Source of the DNA: Lachnospiraceae bacterium
GTDB lineage: Bacteria > Bacillota > Clostridia > Lachnospirales > Lachnospiraceae
Length of the DNA stretch: 64,000 nt
Reading direction: 5' to 3'
Assembly: GCA_036653135.1 (NCBI GenBank)
Contig: JAVVUO010000009.1
Location: 890 to 64,889, forward strand
A model generated the notes under the pieces. That model was given only the letters and a program-made list of their open reading frames with translations. It was not told the DNA's origin and did not search any database. A program made the position numbers and the translations under genes. This document shows positions 9,938 to 19,905 of the stretch, one piece after another. How positions within the stretch are numbered: position 1 is the stretch's first letter; each line of letters starts with the position of its first letter.

Positions 9938-11599
9938 CTATTTACGTAATAAATGAAGTTTTTTTGCTATTTTAACTAATACAGTCCCCTTGGGAAAATG
10001 CTTCAGCTCCGTTTCGGTAAGACCTTTTAGCAGCAGCAGCAATATTCCATACACAACAATACCAACTACAATAGCAACTGCTGTTGCTATTGTGTTTTTC
10101 TGAATCACCTTCATGAAAAAATGATAAACAAAGTATACTGCTACACCCATAAAAGCTGCTGAAATTCCAGGAATTACAAAGGTACGCAGAACTTCCTGAT
10201 GATATCGCAAATATCTTCTAATGGCTCTTCCATTTAGCACACACATTAAAAAAGCAAAAAAAGTATTGGCCCAAACCACTGCATAAATATTTAAGTCAAA
10301 ACCAAACATCAATGCAAGTAATAGTACAATATGTAAGCATAATGAAATTGCGGCATTTCTCACCGGAATTTTCATGTGGTCAATTCCTTGCAAAATTCCA
10401 TTGCTTAATGTGGAAAGAGAATAAAACACAATAGAAACTGCACCAACCGCCATCAATTGTGCCGGTAATGCACTGCTGTCTCCAAACAGCAGCTGTAAAA
10501 TAGGAGATGCTAATACTCCCATTCCAACTGCGCATGGAATAGCAATTACCATTACAAATCGAATAGAAGAAGATACCTTATGCCTTACCAATGCAATATT
10601 TTGAGATGCAAACGCATTTGAAATGCTAGGCACACTAGATGCTGCCATAGAGGAAGCAATTGCAATGGGAACATTTACTAAAGTTCTGTATTTTCCACTG
10701 TAAATCCCCCATAAGGTACTGTATGTTTCTTCCTTATATCCTTGGTATGCTACTACATGTTTAAAGATACCCATATCCAAAATAGTGCTGATATTGTAAA
10801 TTGTAGTACTTAAAAGTACCGGAACAATGGTCAGTAATAACACATTGAAAATAGTGCCATAACTTTCCAAATGTTTTCCACTGTCCTTTTCTGTTTTGTG
10901 CTTAAAAGTGGGGCGGTATAGCATAAATACTAGTGCCGTAAACAGCAATGCTGCTATTGCTCCTACACCTGTTCCAATGGTTCCTCCAGCAGCACCATAT
11001 GCCTGAGCATAATTATCTGAACTTCCCAAAGCAGCACCAATTCTAGTACCATATCCAAAAAGCATATAGGCTGTCCATACACTGACAAAGGCATTGATTA
11101 CTTGTTCTATCAGTTGTGATATTGCACTGGGCATCATAGTGCCAAGTCCTTGGAAAAACCCACGAACTACCCCTAAAACTGCTACCACTACTAGGGTTGG
11201 TGCTAATACTTTTAGTGCAAACACGCTAAGTGGTGTCTTTACTAAATAGGTGGTAATAACACCTGCACCAAAATATACAATGAGTCCAGCAATCGTACCT
11301 GAAATTATGGCAAATAAAATGGCTCCTTTCAAGATACGATATGCATTTTTTCTTTGTCCCTTTGCAATTCTAGCAGATACTAGTTTAGACACAGCCAAGG
11401 GCAAGCTATAAGAGGAAATCAACAGTAAAATGCTGTATACCTCCATAGCTGCCCCATAATAGTCATTTCCAATATCGCCTATAATAGCCGTTAAGGGAAG
11501 TCGGTATAGTAATCCAATTACCCTGCTGATAATGGATGCAATTGCAAGAATCGATCCCTGTACTAGGAAGTTAGATTCATTTTCTTTATTTTTACTCAT
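9938..11599 (-). CDS. MOP-superfamily flippase (SpoVB/MurJ-like polysaccharide biosynthesis protein)
   Basis: FLVQGSILAIASIISRVIGLLYRLPL, RGFFQG, about 14 hydrophobic segments. Confidence 0.85.
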   Translation of the reverse strand: MSKNKENESNFLVQGSILAIASIISRVIGLLYRLPLTAIIGDIGNDYYGAAMEVYSILLLISSYSLPLAVSKLVSARIAKGQRKNAYRILKGAILFAIISGTIAGLIVYFGAGVITTYLVKTPLSVFALKVLAPTLVVVAVLGVVRGFFQGLGTMMPSAISQLIEQVINAFVSVWTAYMLFGYGTRIGAALGSSDNYAQAYGAAGGTIGTGVGAIAALLFTALVFMLYRPTFKHKTEKDSGKHLESYGTIFNVLLLTIVPVLLSTTIYNISTILDMGIFKHVVAYQGYKEETYSTLWGIYSGKYRTLVNVPIAIASSMAASSVPSISNAFASQNIALVRHKVSSSIRFVMVIAIPCAVGMGVLASPILQLLFGDSSALPAQLMAVGAVSIVFYSLSTLSNGILQGIDHMKIPVRNAAISLCLHIVLLLALMFGFDLNIYAVVWANTFFAFLMCVLNGRAIRRYLRYHQEVLRTFVIPGISAAFMGVAVYFVYHFFMKVIQKNTIATAVAIVVGIVVYGILLLLLKGLTETELKHFPKGTVLVKIAKKLHLLRK

Positions 11600-11619
11600 A
11601 CCATTTCCTCAAATTGTTC

Positions 11620-12741
11620 TTACTCTGTGGTTCTTGCCTGTGCAAGTGCATCTTCTGTATCATATACATGAAAACGGTCTTTATAATTCTTGCGTACTAC
11701 ACAGACCCAGGTTTTCCCCTGATTAATTGTAATTTCTTTTCCAGAAGCATCAAAATAACGTGCTGGTGAATCTTCATTTGCTTTGGTCCAAGTAACAGGT
11801 TCCATCTTGCCATTTGTAATATAGATGCCATCTCCTCCAGAGGTAGTGTTAATATCAAGATAACCGTTTTCATCTTTATTAGACCAGTCACAATACTGTA
11901 CAATTACATTTTTCACTGCAAGCTGACCTTGCGTTGCTCCATCAATTTGCTTATCCTTAAATTCATAACGATAATATAAACCATCCGTTGCATTATAAAC
12001 AAACCAAGGCTTATTTACGAAATATCCAGGACTTACCACGACCGCGTTTTCTCCTGTTGTTAATTCTACAGGAGCATTATCTTCTGCAAACAAGTAGTGA
12101 CCTTGATAGGTATCTAACAGTTCTGTGCGATATTCTTTTTTTGCAATTCCAGCATTAATACCATCTGCACTGATAAATGCATTATGTGGTGCTTTTCGGC
12201 TAGTATCACGGTAAAACATAAGAGATTCAATGGAGGAATCCATACCACTTAAATTATTCACATCATCTCGTTCTAAAACAGGTACCGCATAGATAGATTG
12301 TCCATAATGAGTATAAATTGCATCAAACTCTTTTGCAAAATAGACAAAATAATGTCTACAGCTTCGAATGGAACCAATTTTATCCAACCCCGTATAGTCT
12401 TGGAAAATTGCCATTAATCGTGTATAGGAGCCTTCTACTGGTACTTCATAAATAATATCTGCTGAAGAAAGACCGTATTGTGGTAATGCATCTGAAGTAT
12501 TTCCAATCATAACAGCCAAAGGACGTTTTTTTGCCACTGCTTCATTAATCCATTCACCGGAAAGATAACTTTTAGCCATTCCAGCATGTGGATCTACTGG
12601 TTCTTCTACTATCGGCGGTTCCTCTTTTGGCTTTTCTACTACCGGTGCACGCTGAGGCTCTTTCTTTTCTTTTCCACAACCTGCTACCATACTTACAGCA
12701 CAAATGGCAGCCAATAAACAACATAGCATACGTTTTTTCAT
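11620..12741 (-). CDS. DUF3048 (YerB-like) lipoprotein
   Basis: Lipobox VAGC; RPLAVMIGN, YEVPVEGSYTRLMA, GSIRSCRHY, APHNAF. Confidence 0.8.
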   Translation of the reverse strand: MKKRMLCCLLAAICAVSMVAGCGKEKKEPQRAPVVEKPKEEPPIVEEPVDPHAGMAKSYLSGEWINEAVAKKRPLAVMIGNTSDALPQYGLSSADIIYEVPVEGSYTRLMAIFQDYTGLDKIGSIRSCRHYFVYFAKEFDAIYTHYGQSIYAVPVLERDDVNNLSGMDSSIESLMFYRDTSRKAPHNAFISADGINAGIAKKEYRTELLDTYQGHYLFAEDNAPVELTTGENAVVVSPGYFVNKPWFVYNATDGLYYRYEFKDKQIDGATQGQLAVKNVIVQYCDWSNKDENGYLDINTTSGGDGIYITNGKMEPVTWTKANEDSPARYFDASGKEITINQGKTWVCVVRKNYKDRFHVYDTEDALAQARTTE

Positions 12742-12768
12742 CTTAGTTCCTCCAATTCTACTTATAGT

Positions 12769-13263
12769 TTATCTTAAAATTCCTATTTGATTCAAGATAT
12801 TTCTCTGTTTTTCTTCCATAACAATAGCTTCTTCTTCTGTCATATGATCATATCCAAACAAATGTAACATACTGTGCAAAATTAAAAAAGCAAATTCTCG
12901 TTTTTGACTATGTCCAAAACGTTCTGCTTGTTCTTTTACCTTATCAATACATAAAATAACATCTCCTAATAGTGCTTCTCCTGTATCAGGATTGAAATTA
13001 TCCTCATCCTGATCTATACTTGAAAATTCTCCTGGTATTTCATAATTAATCATGGGAAAAGATAATACATCGGTAGGTCTATCTATCTTTCGGTGTTCTC
13101 GGTTAATTTCTTGAATCTCTAAAGTGGATACCAGCAAGATAGTAACCTCTGCTTCATAGGGGAATTTTTCTATTTCAATTGCAGCTTCCACCACTTCTTT
13201 TGCCACTGTTTCATAAGGAAAATCAAATTCTGGTATTTCTTCTGTTTCTACTGTTACTGTCAT
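12769..13263 (-). CDS. ybeY: rRNA maturation endoribonuclease YbeY
   Basis: DRPTDVLSFP and HSMLHLFGYDH metal motif. Confidence 0.95.
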   Translation of the reverse strand: MTVTVETEEIPEFDFPYETVAKEVVEAAIEIEKFPYEAEVTILLVSTLEIQEINREHRKIDRPTDVLSFPMINYEIPGEFSSIDQDEDNFNPDTGEALLGDVILCIDKVKEQAERFGHSQKREFAFLILHSMLHLFGYDHMTEEEAIVMEEKQRNILNQIGILR

Positions 13264-14456
13264 GAAAGTTCTGCCTCCTTTATAAGATAATCTCTGATTT
13301 TCAAAAACATGTTCATACTAAAACCGGCTTTATCATAAAGCCCAGCTGCTGAATTCTCATTTAATGTCTGATATACAACAATATCCTGATTCCAAGAACT
13401 TGATAGTGTTTCTTTATCTAATACATCAAATTTAGTTACCACACTATCTACAATATGTATAATAGCTGATTCCACTGTAGAAGGCATTTTTTCGATTCCA
13501 TTATATTCAGAAAGAATGGTAATTACCTGCTTTGGAAAATGATGCTTTTTTGCCAATGCCACTCCATTTTCCACATAAGGTTCTCCTTCCATACGACCTA
13601 AACGATAATAAAAACCTGCTGCTATTGCTATCGATGGATTAGCATTTAATAAGCGTGCACAGGCTCCTGAGATTTTAGATACTCGTTTGGCATGTTCATA
13701 GTCTTTTATGGAATATTCTAAGATAGCTTGTACCAATCCATATTGTTCTGATATAATCCGATCCAATTCCCGATTTAAGTTGTATTCCGGTGTATGCTGT
13801 TCTTGCTTAAATAATATACGTGCAATCAAAAATATGCAAATTAATGTTATGACTCCATTGCATAACCCATAGCTTACCACATTCCCTTTCAATTGACTAG
13901 TCTGAAGATAAGAAAAAATCAATACACAGCCAAAAGAAAGTATCCCGCCAAAAAAGGCGGCATACCTGCGATTTTCTTTCTTTTTTAAATATTGGGACAA
14001 CACGCAGCCACCTGCCCCAAGGAGAATATAACATAAAAGTAAAAAAATATTATGATTGTGATATATTACTAAAACCATACAATGAAACAAGGTTCCAAGT
14101 AATCCAGTTAAAGGAAGAGACAGTACGCTTAAAAGAACTGCCACTGCTAACATAGGAACAGAATACGCTGGAACCATTTGCGCAATGGTCATCACAACGC
14201 AAACAGCAGCATAGCATAATACATATTGTTTATTTTGCTTTGCTCTTCCATGTTCTAAATTCAAAAAAATCAATAGAGAACAAAAGATTCCACAGCATAT
14301 CATTGCCGCTATTTTATCCATTCCCTGTTTCATTATCATTCCAGCTATGATGGCTTCTGCTGTGGTAGATATTACAATGATCCATAGCCATACCAACATC
14401 CTATCACTGGCTGTTACTTTTTTTTCCTTTGTTCTCTTGTTCTTCATATTTTTCAT
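13260..14456 (-). CDS. Membrane protein with degenerate HD domain (PgpH/YqfF-like)
   Basis: About 7 TM helices, then YEHAKRV...AGFYYRLGR...HHFPKQV, which I align with PgpH-type YHHS...GAYYHDIGK; sits just upstream of ybeY. Confidence 0.6.
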   Translation of the reverse strand: MKNMKNKRTKEKKVTASDRMLVWLWIIVISTTAEAIIAGMIMKQGMDKIAAMICCGIFCSLLIFLNLEHGRAKQNKQYVLCYAAVCVVMTIAQMVPAYSVPMLAVAVLLSVLSLPLTGLLGTLFHCMVLVIYHNHNIFLLLCYILLGAGGCVLSQYLKKKENRRYAAFFGGILSFGCVLIFSYLQTSQLKGNVVSYGLCNGVITLICIFLIARILFKQEQHTPEYNLNRELDRIISEQYGLVQAILEYSIKDYEHAKRVSKISGACARLLNANPSIAIAAGFYYRLGRMEGEPYVENGVALAKKHHFPKQVITILSEYNGIEKMPSTVESAIIHIVDSVVTKFDVLDKETLSSSWNQDIVVYQTLNENSAAGLYDKAGFSMNMFLKIRDYLIKEAELS

Positions 14457-15694
14457 AAGCCTTTACCATTTTCGTTAGGCGCATCTGATAGGATTGTATC
14501 TTGCTTGCTACCTATGGGTTCTATCACAGTCAGCATACCAGAAGCACTGCATTGATTTTCTTCTGTTACTATCATAACATTATTTTCTATAATTTGAACC
14601 CCTTTTTGTGTTAATTTTTTACAAAATTCATTCAATTTTTTTTCAGCCAATTGCTGAGCCTCTTCTTTTTCGTATTTTTTTTCAATTACTTGGTATTCCA
14701 TTTGCGTTTCTAGTACACCAATTACTGGTAAATAAAAATTTTCACCGATTTTTAAATCATACTCATTTGTAATACAATCATATTCTTTGAATTTCTTTGT
14801 AAATACTGGTATATTTTTTTGCGTTTGAAACAAACGTACACCATAAATCTTTCTTTGATTGCCAGTGAAATCCTTTGCTTCATAAATCATGGGAAATCTG
14901 TCCGTATAGCCATATTGAGTGACACCCATAATATCTGCATCAGAAACACAATACTGATAAGATGCCACTTCACCGCTGTCATTCATTACTGGGATTTTCC
15001 CCTCTACTAACACATCACCTTCTTTTACCAAAGTTCCTTGTTCCACAAGTGGAATGCCTTGTCTGGTGAAAATGCTTTGAATAGTAGTGTCCTTATTTGC
15101 TACGATATCTTTTGGAGTACCATCTTCTAAGGATTGTGTCACAGCCTGTTCGTTTGTAGAAAGATTTTCCTGAAGTTCAATTACTAACATGGTTCCTTCT
15201 AATTTAGCGGATGCCCAAATCACATCATCATAACCTGCCCGAAGGAGTTCTTCAATGGCTTCACAATTTACTTTGCTCTTTAACAGGCCATGATATACTT
15301 GATTTTGTTCTAAAAATTTTAATACCGTACTGTCGGTACGATGCATATTTCCATTAATTTCTACTTTCCATACAAATAAAGACATGGCATACAAAAGTCC
15401 ACAGCACACCAAGACACCGCAGGCAAACAACTTTCGTTTTCGATATCTGTGAAGTAAAAAAGGTAATCCATGACGTTCTAATATTACAATTTTGGTTCGC
15501 GTTTTCTTTAAAATTGCTTTTAAATGCTTCACACCACGAACACTGATACAGAACTCATATTGTTCCTTTTGATACTCCAAATTCCAAATTAAAATGTTAT
15601 GATTGCTGCAAAGATTCAAAAAACGTTCCGGTGCATATCCACATAACCTTACTTTTACATACCCTTGCAAATACTTTAATTTATTAATTAGCAA
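14453..15694 (-). CDS. yqfD: Sporulation protein YqfD
   Basis: GYAPERFLNLCS, LPFLLHRYRKRK, VKEGDVLVEG; follows yqfC. Confidence 0.9.
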   Translation of the reverse strand: MLINKLKYLQGYVKVRLCGYAPERFLNLCSNHNILIWNLEYQKEQYEFCISVRGVKHLKAILKKTRTKIVILERHGLPFLLHRYRKRKLFACGVLVCCGLLYAMSLFVWKVEINGNMHRTDSTVLKFLEQNQVYHGLLKSKVNCEAIEELLRAGYDDVIWASAKLEGTMLVIELQENLSTNEQAVTQSLEDGTPKDIVANKDTTIQSIFTRQGIPLVEQGTLVKEGDVLVEGKIPVMNDSGEVASYQYCVSDADIMGVTQYGYTDRFPMIYEAKDFTGNQRKIYGVRLFQTQKNIPVFTKKFKEYDCITNEYDLKIGENFYLPVIGVLETQMEYQVIEKKYEKEEAQQLAEKKLNEFCKKLTQKGVQIIENNVMIVTEENQCSASGMLTVIEPIGSKQDTILSDAPNENGKGL

Positions 15695-15705
15695 ATCGAT
15701 ACCCC

Positions 15706-15993
15706 TTATGAGTCATATAATATTCCCTGAATAAATCCAGTAATTTTCATTTCCTCATTGGTATAATATTCCACCAGTAAACATTTTCCACAAATAGTCA
15801 CCTGACCGTTTTTTGTCTGAAGGCGTATCTTTTCTGTGGTATATTCAATAATACCTTTATAATTTTCAATCAGCACTTGATTACGTCCAGTGGCAGTGAT
15901 AATTACTGCACCATACATAATGTCCCTAGGAAGTTCTAAGGATGTTACAATATTAGATTTTAGATTGGTTTTTATTTTCTTCAACTTTCCCAT
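15706..15993 (-). CDS. yqfC: YqfC/YabP-family sporulation protein
   Basis: LELPRDI...IENYKGIIEYT...EEMKITGFI; precedes yqfD. Confidence 0.85.
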   Translation of the reverse strand: MGKLKKIKTNLKSNIVTSLELPRDIMYGAVIITATGRNQVLIENYKGIIEYTTEKIRLQTKNGQVTICGKCLLVEYYTNEEMKITGFIQGILYDS

Positions 15994-15998
15994 ATTGA

Positions 15999-16027
15999 AC
16001 TATATGTAAAAAAACCTGTACTTATAC
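15999..16027 (-). promoter_or_regulatory. Putative sigE promoter of yqfC-yqfD
   Basis: Minus strand GTATAAG-N14-CATATAGT fits the sigE consensus; yqfCD is sigE-controlled in B. subtilis. Confidence 0.55.
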
Positions 16028-16032
16028 CTATC

Positions 16033-17337
16033 TTATTGAACGATTCCCTTTATCATGGCAATGGGTTCCTGTTCATTTTTTTGAATTTCATAGGCATGTA
16101 CGATTGTTCCGTATGCTTCCTTGGCTTTTTCTATATCATTGGCATAAATCGTAGCTAAGGTATCCTCAGGTACTACTTTATCCCCACGTTTCTTGTTTAG
16201 CAGAACACCCACAGAAAGGTCTATTTCACTTTCCTTGGTCACACGTCCTCCACCTAGAACAAGACTTGCAATTCCAATGTCTTCTGCTTTGATTTGAGAA
16301 ACATACCCTTCTTCTGTATTTTTCACTTCCATCAAAATACTTGCTGTGGGAAGTAATTCAGGCTGGTATACTAGACGTTTCTCTCCACCTTGTGCTTCTA
16401 TAAATTCTGCAAATTTATTCAATGCACTCTTGTCCTTTATGGTTTGTTCCAACATTTTTTGAGCTTCATGCAAAGTAGCTGCTTTTCCTGCAAATACAAC
16501 CATCTGACTTCCCAGTGCATATACAACTTCCATGAAATCCTTCGGTCCTAGTCCATTCAAAGACAAAATTGCTTCTTTTACTTCTAAAGCATTTCCTACT
16601 GCATTGCCCAGTGGCTGCTCCATATCCGTCACAACCGCTACTATTTTTTTTCCTGCATTTTTCCCTATTTTAACCATTTCTTCTGCTAGTGCAAAAGCAT
16701 CTTTTTCTGATTTCATAAAGGCTCCGTTTCCGGTCTTCACATCCAAAACAATAGCATCTGAACCCGCTGCTAATTTTTTGCTCATAATACTAGCTGAAAT
16801 TAGAGATAATTGGTCTACGGTAGCAGTTACATCTCGAAGAGCATATAACTTCTTATCAGCAGGTGCTAAGTTAGCTGTCTGTCCAATAATGGCCACTTTA
16901 ACCTTATTTACATTTTCATAAAATTGTTCTTCACTTAAAGACGTGGTAAATCCTGGAAAACATTCTAACTTATCGATCGTTCCACCTGTATGTCCCAAAC
17001 CTCTTCCTGACATTTTTGCCACCGGAATTCCAAGTGCTGCCACCATAGGGGTTAGTACCAAAGATGTTTTATCTCCTACTCCTCCTGTACTATGTTTGTC
17101 TACTTTTATTCCTTCAATTTTGGATAAATCTAAGACATCTCCGCTATCTCGCATGGCTAATGTTAAATCCAATGTTTCTTTATCATTCATTCCCTGAAAA
17201 CAAATTGCCATCATCATGGCTGACATCTGATAGTCTGGAATCTCATCTTTTGTAAATCCTTCCACCATAAATTCAATTTCTTCTTTCGTAAGGATTTCGC
17301 CCTTTTTCTTTTTCATAATCAAATCATACATTCTCAT
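16033..17337 (-). CDS. pdp: Pyrimidine-nucleoside phosphorylase
   Basis: DKHSTGGVGDKTS, KMSGRGLGHTGGTIDKLE, SIMSKKLAAG. Confidence 0.95.
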   Translation of the reverse strand: MRMYDLIMKKKKGEILTKEEIEFMVEGFTKDEIPDYQMSAMMMAICFQGMNDKETLDLTLAMRDSGDVLDLSKIEGIKVDKHSTGGVGDKTSLVLTPMVAALGIPVAKMSGRGLGHTGGTIDKLECFPGFTTSLSEEQFYENVNKVKVAIIGQTANLAPADKKLYALRDVTATVDQLSLISASIMSKKLAAGSDAIVLDVKTGNGAFMKSEKDAFALAEEMVKIGKNAGKKIVAVVTDMEQPLGNAVGNALEVKEAILSLNGLGPKDFMEVVYALGSQMVVFAGKAATLHEAQKMLEQTIKDKSALNKFAEFIEAQGGEKRLVYQPELLPTASILMEVKNTEEGYVSQIKAEDIGIASLVLGGGRVTKESEIDLSVGVLLNKKRGDKVVPEDTLATIYANDIEKAKEAYGTIVHAYEIQKNEQEPIAMIKGIVQ

Positions 17338-17525
17338 CGTTGCTACCTCCTACTTTATTCCTGTTTGTTCTATCTCTATTAAAATGACATATTTTATAAT
17401 TATATCATATCCATTTTTATTATTCATGTAAATATTCTTATTTTTTCATAAAATTCCATTCCTTTCATTGTATTATTCTTAAGTTTATCTTATAATTAAG
17501 GTATCTTAAAAAGTGAGGTAACAAT

Positions 17526-18077
17526 ATGAATACATCAAATGATACACCACCGGATTCTTCCGGTCTTGACGGACAGGACACCTTGTCACAATTATTGCGT
17601 GAACCTTCCCACACATACATAGAAACAGAAAAGAAGATGGAAGATGTTCGTTCCAGTGCCTGGGTCTGTAGTATTACTGGCAGCATGGGACTGTTAGCGC
17701 TTCTTGCACTTTGGCTTGGAATTATCCCCTTGCCTATTTCTCTTGGTACAAAATATATGTCTAGTGTGGTATTAGGAGGCTTATTTATCTTTTTTTTAGT
17801 GATTGGTATCAAATCTTTTGGAGAAATGAAATCTTTGAAATTAGCAAGAGCCTTTGAAGATGCACTTTCTCCAAAAATTGTTACATGGTTTTCAGAACAT
17901 TATTCTTCCGATGCATTGTCTAGCGGAATGGATGAATCTGATATTTCCATTGAAGAACTTTATTATCTGCGTTCTGAAAATATTAGTCGTGTTATGTCCG
18001 ATGAATTTGGTTCCATGTCCCAAGACTATATGGATTATATGATTGAAAAAATATATCAAATGTATTTCCCAGATTAA
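17526..18077 (+). CDS. Hypothetical membrane protein (2 TM)
   Basis: GAGGT RBS, two hydrophobic helices, acidic tail. Confidence 0.7.
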   Translation: MNTSNDTPPDSSGLDGQDTLSQLLREPSHTYIETEKKMEDVRSSAWVCSITGSMGLLALLALWLGIIPLPISLGTKYMSSVVLGGLFIFFLVIGIKSFGEMKSLKLARAFEDALSPKIVTWFSEHYSSDALSSGMDESDISIEELYYLRSENISRVMSDEFGSMSQDYMDYMIEKIYQMYFPD

Positions 18078-18084
18078 GAAAGTC

Positions 18085-18103
18085 TGTTATAATACTTATA
18101 ACA
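18085..18103 (+). promoter_or_regulatory. Extended -10 promoter (TGtTATAAT) inside the perfect palindrome TGTTATAA-TAC-TTATAACA, upstream of xpt
   Basis: Read directly from the sequence. Confidence 0.45.
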
Positions 18104-18127
18104 AATAAAACTTCGAGGTGGACGCGT

Positions 18128-18703
18128 ATGAAATTATTAGAAGATAAGATTCTTTCCGACGGCATTGCCGTAAATGAACATATTTTGAAAGTAGATGGTT
18201 TTATCCATCATCAAGTAGACCCACAGCTAATGTTAGAAATTGGTAAGGAACTGGCTGAACATTTTAAAAATCAAGGAATTACCAAAGTTGCTACTATTGA
18301 AAGTTCAGGGATTGCCCCTGCTCTTATGGCTGCTGTTTCCATGAATATTCCTCTGATTATATTAAAAAAGCAGCCTTCCAAAATATTAAATCAAGATTTA
18401 TATCAGACAGTTGTGACATCTTATACCAAAGGAACCAATTACGAACTGACACTTTCTCAAAAATTCATCACAGAAAATGATCATGTATTGATTATTGATG
18501 ATTTTTTAGCAAATGGAGAAGCAGCAACCGGTGCAATCCGTTTAATTCGTAAAGCTCATGCTACCATTGCAGGGGTAGGGGTTCTTATTGAAAAATCCTT
18601 TGAACCAGGACGAGAGAAGTTAGCTCAGCAAGGGGTGGATGTATATGCTTTAGCACGTATTTCCAAATTGGAAAAAGGCATCGTAGAATTTATTTCAGAA
18701 TAA
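18128..18703 (+). CDS. xpt: Xanthine phosphoribosyltransferase
   Basis: [38 protein letters not shown] loop. Confidence 0.93.
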   Translation: MKLLEDKILSDGIAVNEHILKVDGFIHHQVDPQLMLEIGKELAEHFKNQGITKVATIESSGIAPALMAAVSMNIPLIILKKQPSKILNQDLYQTVVTSYTKGTNYELTLSQKFITENDHVLIIDDFLANGEAATGAIRLIRKAHATIAGVGVLIEKSFEPGREKLAQQGVDVYALARISKLEKGIVEFISE

Positions 18704-18730
18704 CTAAAGAAGATTTCATAAATACCATAG

Positions 18731-18765
18731 AAAAAGAAGACAATGAATTCCATTGTCTTCTTTTT
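18731..18765. terminator. Bidirectional intrinsic terminator between xpt and the TPR gene
   Basis: AAAAAGAAGACAATG-aattc-CATTGTCTTCTTTTT perfect inverted repeat between convergent stops. Confidence 0.85.
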
Positions 18766-19902
18766 CTATTCAGGAATATAAATATAATTACATTTTAATA
18801 TATTTGAACACAAATCGTGCTCATTTATTACGATTAACGATAGAATATTATTTCCTTCTGGTACTTCAATTGGTTCTGTATACTGTGCATTGTTTACCGT
18901 AGGGATACTTCCATCCCAAGTATAATATACGCGGCATCCTTTTGGCACTTCTACCGTAATATTCTGTGGTATATTAAATTTACCACTATCCGGTATTACT
19001 TTTGGTGTTTCCGGTGCTTGGAATGCAATGGTATAGGTTCCTTCTATTTCTTCACTGTAGATATCATGTTGATTACAAGAAACGGCTCGTATGGTTACAC
19101 TGCCTTCTGTAAGTTCTATCTCTTTTGTATATTCGATTCCATTTTTTACTGGATTTGAGCCATCCTGCGTATAGTAGATTTTGCAATTTTCTTGACAAGA
19201 CAGTGTCAGCATTATCTTTTTTTTGTAAGTTCCAGGGTCTGTTTCAAATACAGGAGTGCTTACAGCATATCCTTCAAAAAGCTTTTGTGCATTACTGTCT
19301 TTGGTCTTGATGTAAAGTTTTTGAATTTCATCATACTCTTCTACTGCGGCATATAACTCAATGAGCTTCTGCATGGCATCCATATCTGAGCTATCCAAAG
19401 AAATAATATCTTTTAACATATCAATAGCACTGTCACGTTCCTCTAAAGAAAGATATATCTCCACTAATCTGTGTTTTACTTCAAGATTTTCTTTTTCTAG
19501 CTTTAATGCTTGTTCAAAATATTTTTCCGCTTTTTCATACTCTTTTTTTTCTTCATAAGCAATCCCTTTGTTCCGTTGATAATCAAATGAATTTCTTTGA
19601 TTATACTTAATCAGTAATATAGTAATAGTGGTAATCAAAATTGCAGCAATTACTAATCCAATTGCAAGAAAAAGTTTTTGATTCTTTTTTTTATTTGCAT
19701 TTGTTTTTTTGGGAATGGATTCTACTGGTTTTTCTTTTTTTCTTTTTTTTCGAGCCTTTTCTTTTTCTTCTTCGCTTAACAGTCCACGCAAAAAATCATC
19801 CTCTAATAGATTGTAATCCGATACAATCTGAGCTTCTTTTCCACACACAGAACAATAAATACAGCCAGTCTTTAACTCTGCTCCGCACTTTACACATTTC
19901 AT
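18766..19902 (-). CDS. Zinc-ribbon / TM / TPR / two chitobiase-C-terminal (FN3-associated)-like domain protein
   Basis: CVKCG...CSVCG ribbon, TM helix, TPR-like helices, twice YYT.DGS.P. Confidence 0.7.
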   Translation of the reverse strand: MKCVKCGAELKTGCIYCSVCGKEAQIVSDYNLLEDDFLRGLLSEEEKEKARKKRKKEKPVESIPKKTNANKKKNQKLFLAIGLVIAAILITTITILLIKYNQRNSFDYQRNKGIAYEEKKEYEKAEKYFEQALKLEKENLEVKHRLVEIYLSLEERDSAIDMLKDIISLDSSDMDAMQKLIELYAAVEEYDEIQKLYIKTKDSNAQKLFEGYAVSTPVFETDPGTYKKKIMLTLSCQENCKIYYTQDGSNPVKNGIEYTKEIELTEGSVTIRAVSCNQHDIYSEEIEGTYTIAFQAPETPKVIPDSGKFNIPQNITVEVPKGCRVYYTWDGSIPTVNNAQYTEPIEVPEGNNILSLIVINEHDLCSNILKCNYIYIPE

Positions 19903-19905
19903 TTC

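Noticed and set aside
17465-17812. 115-aa minus-strand ORF and the many other short antisense ORFs in the track
   Set aside because: Shadow ORFs opposite well-supported genes
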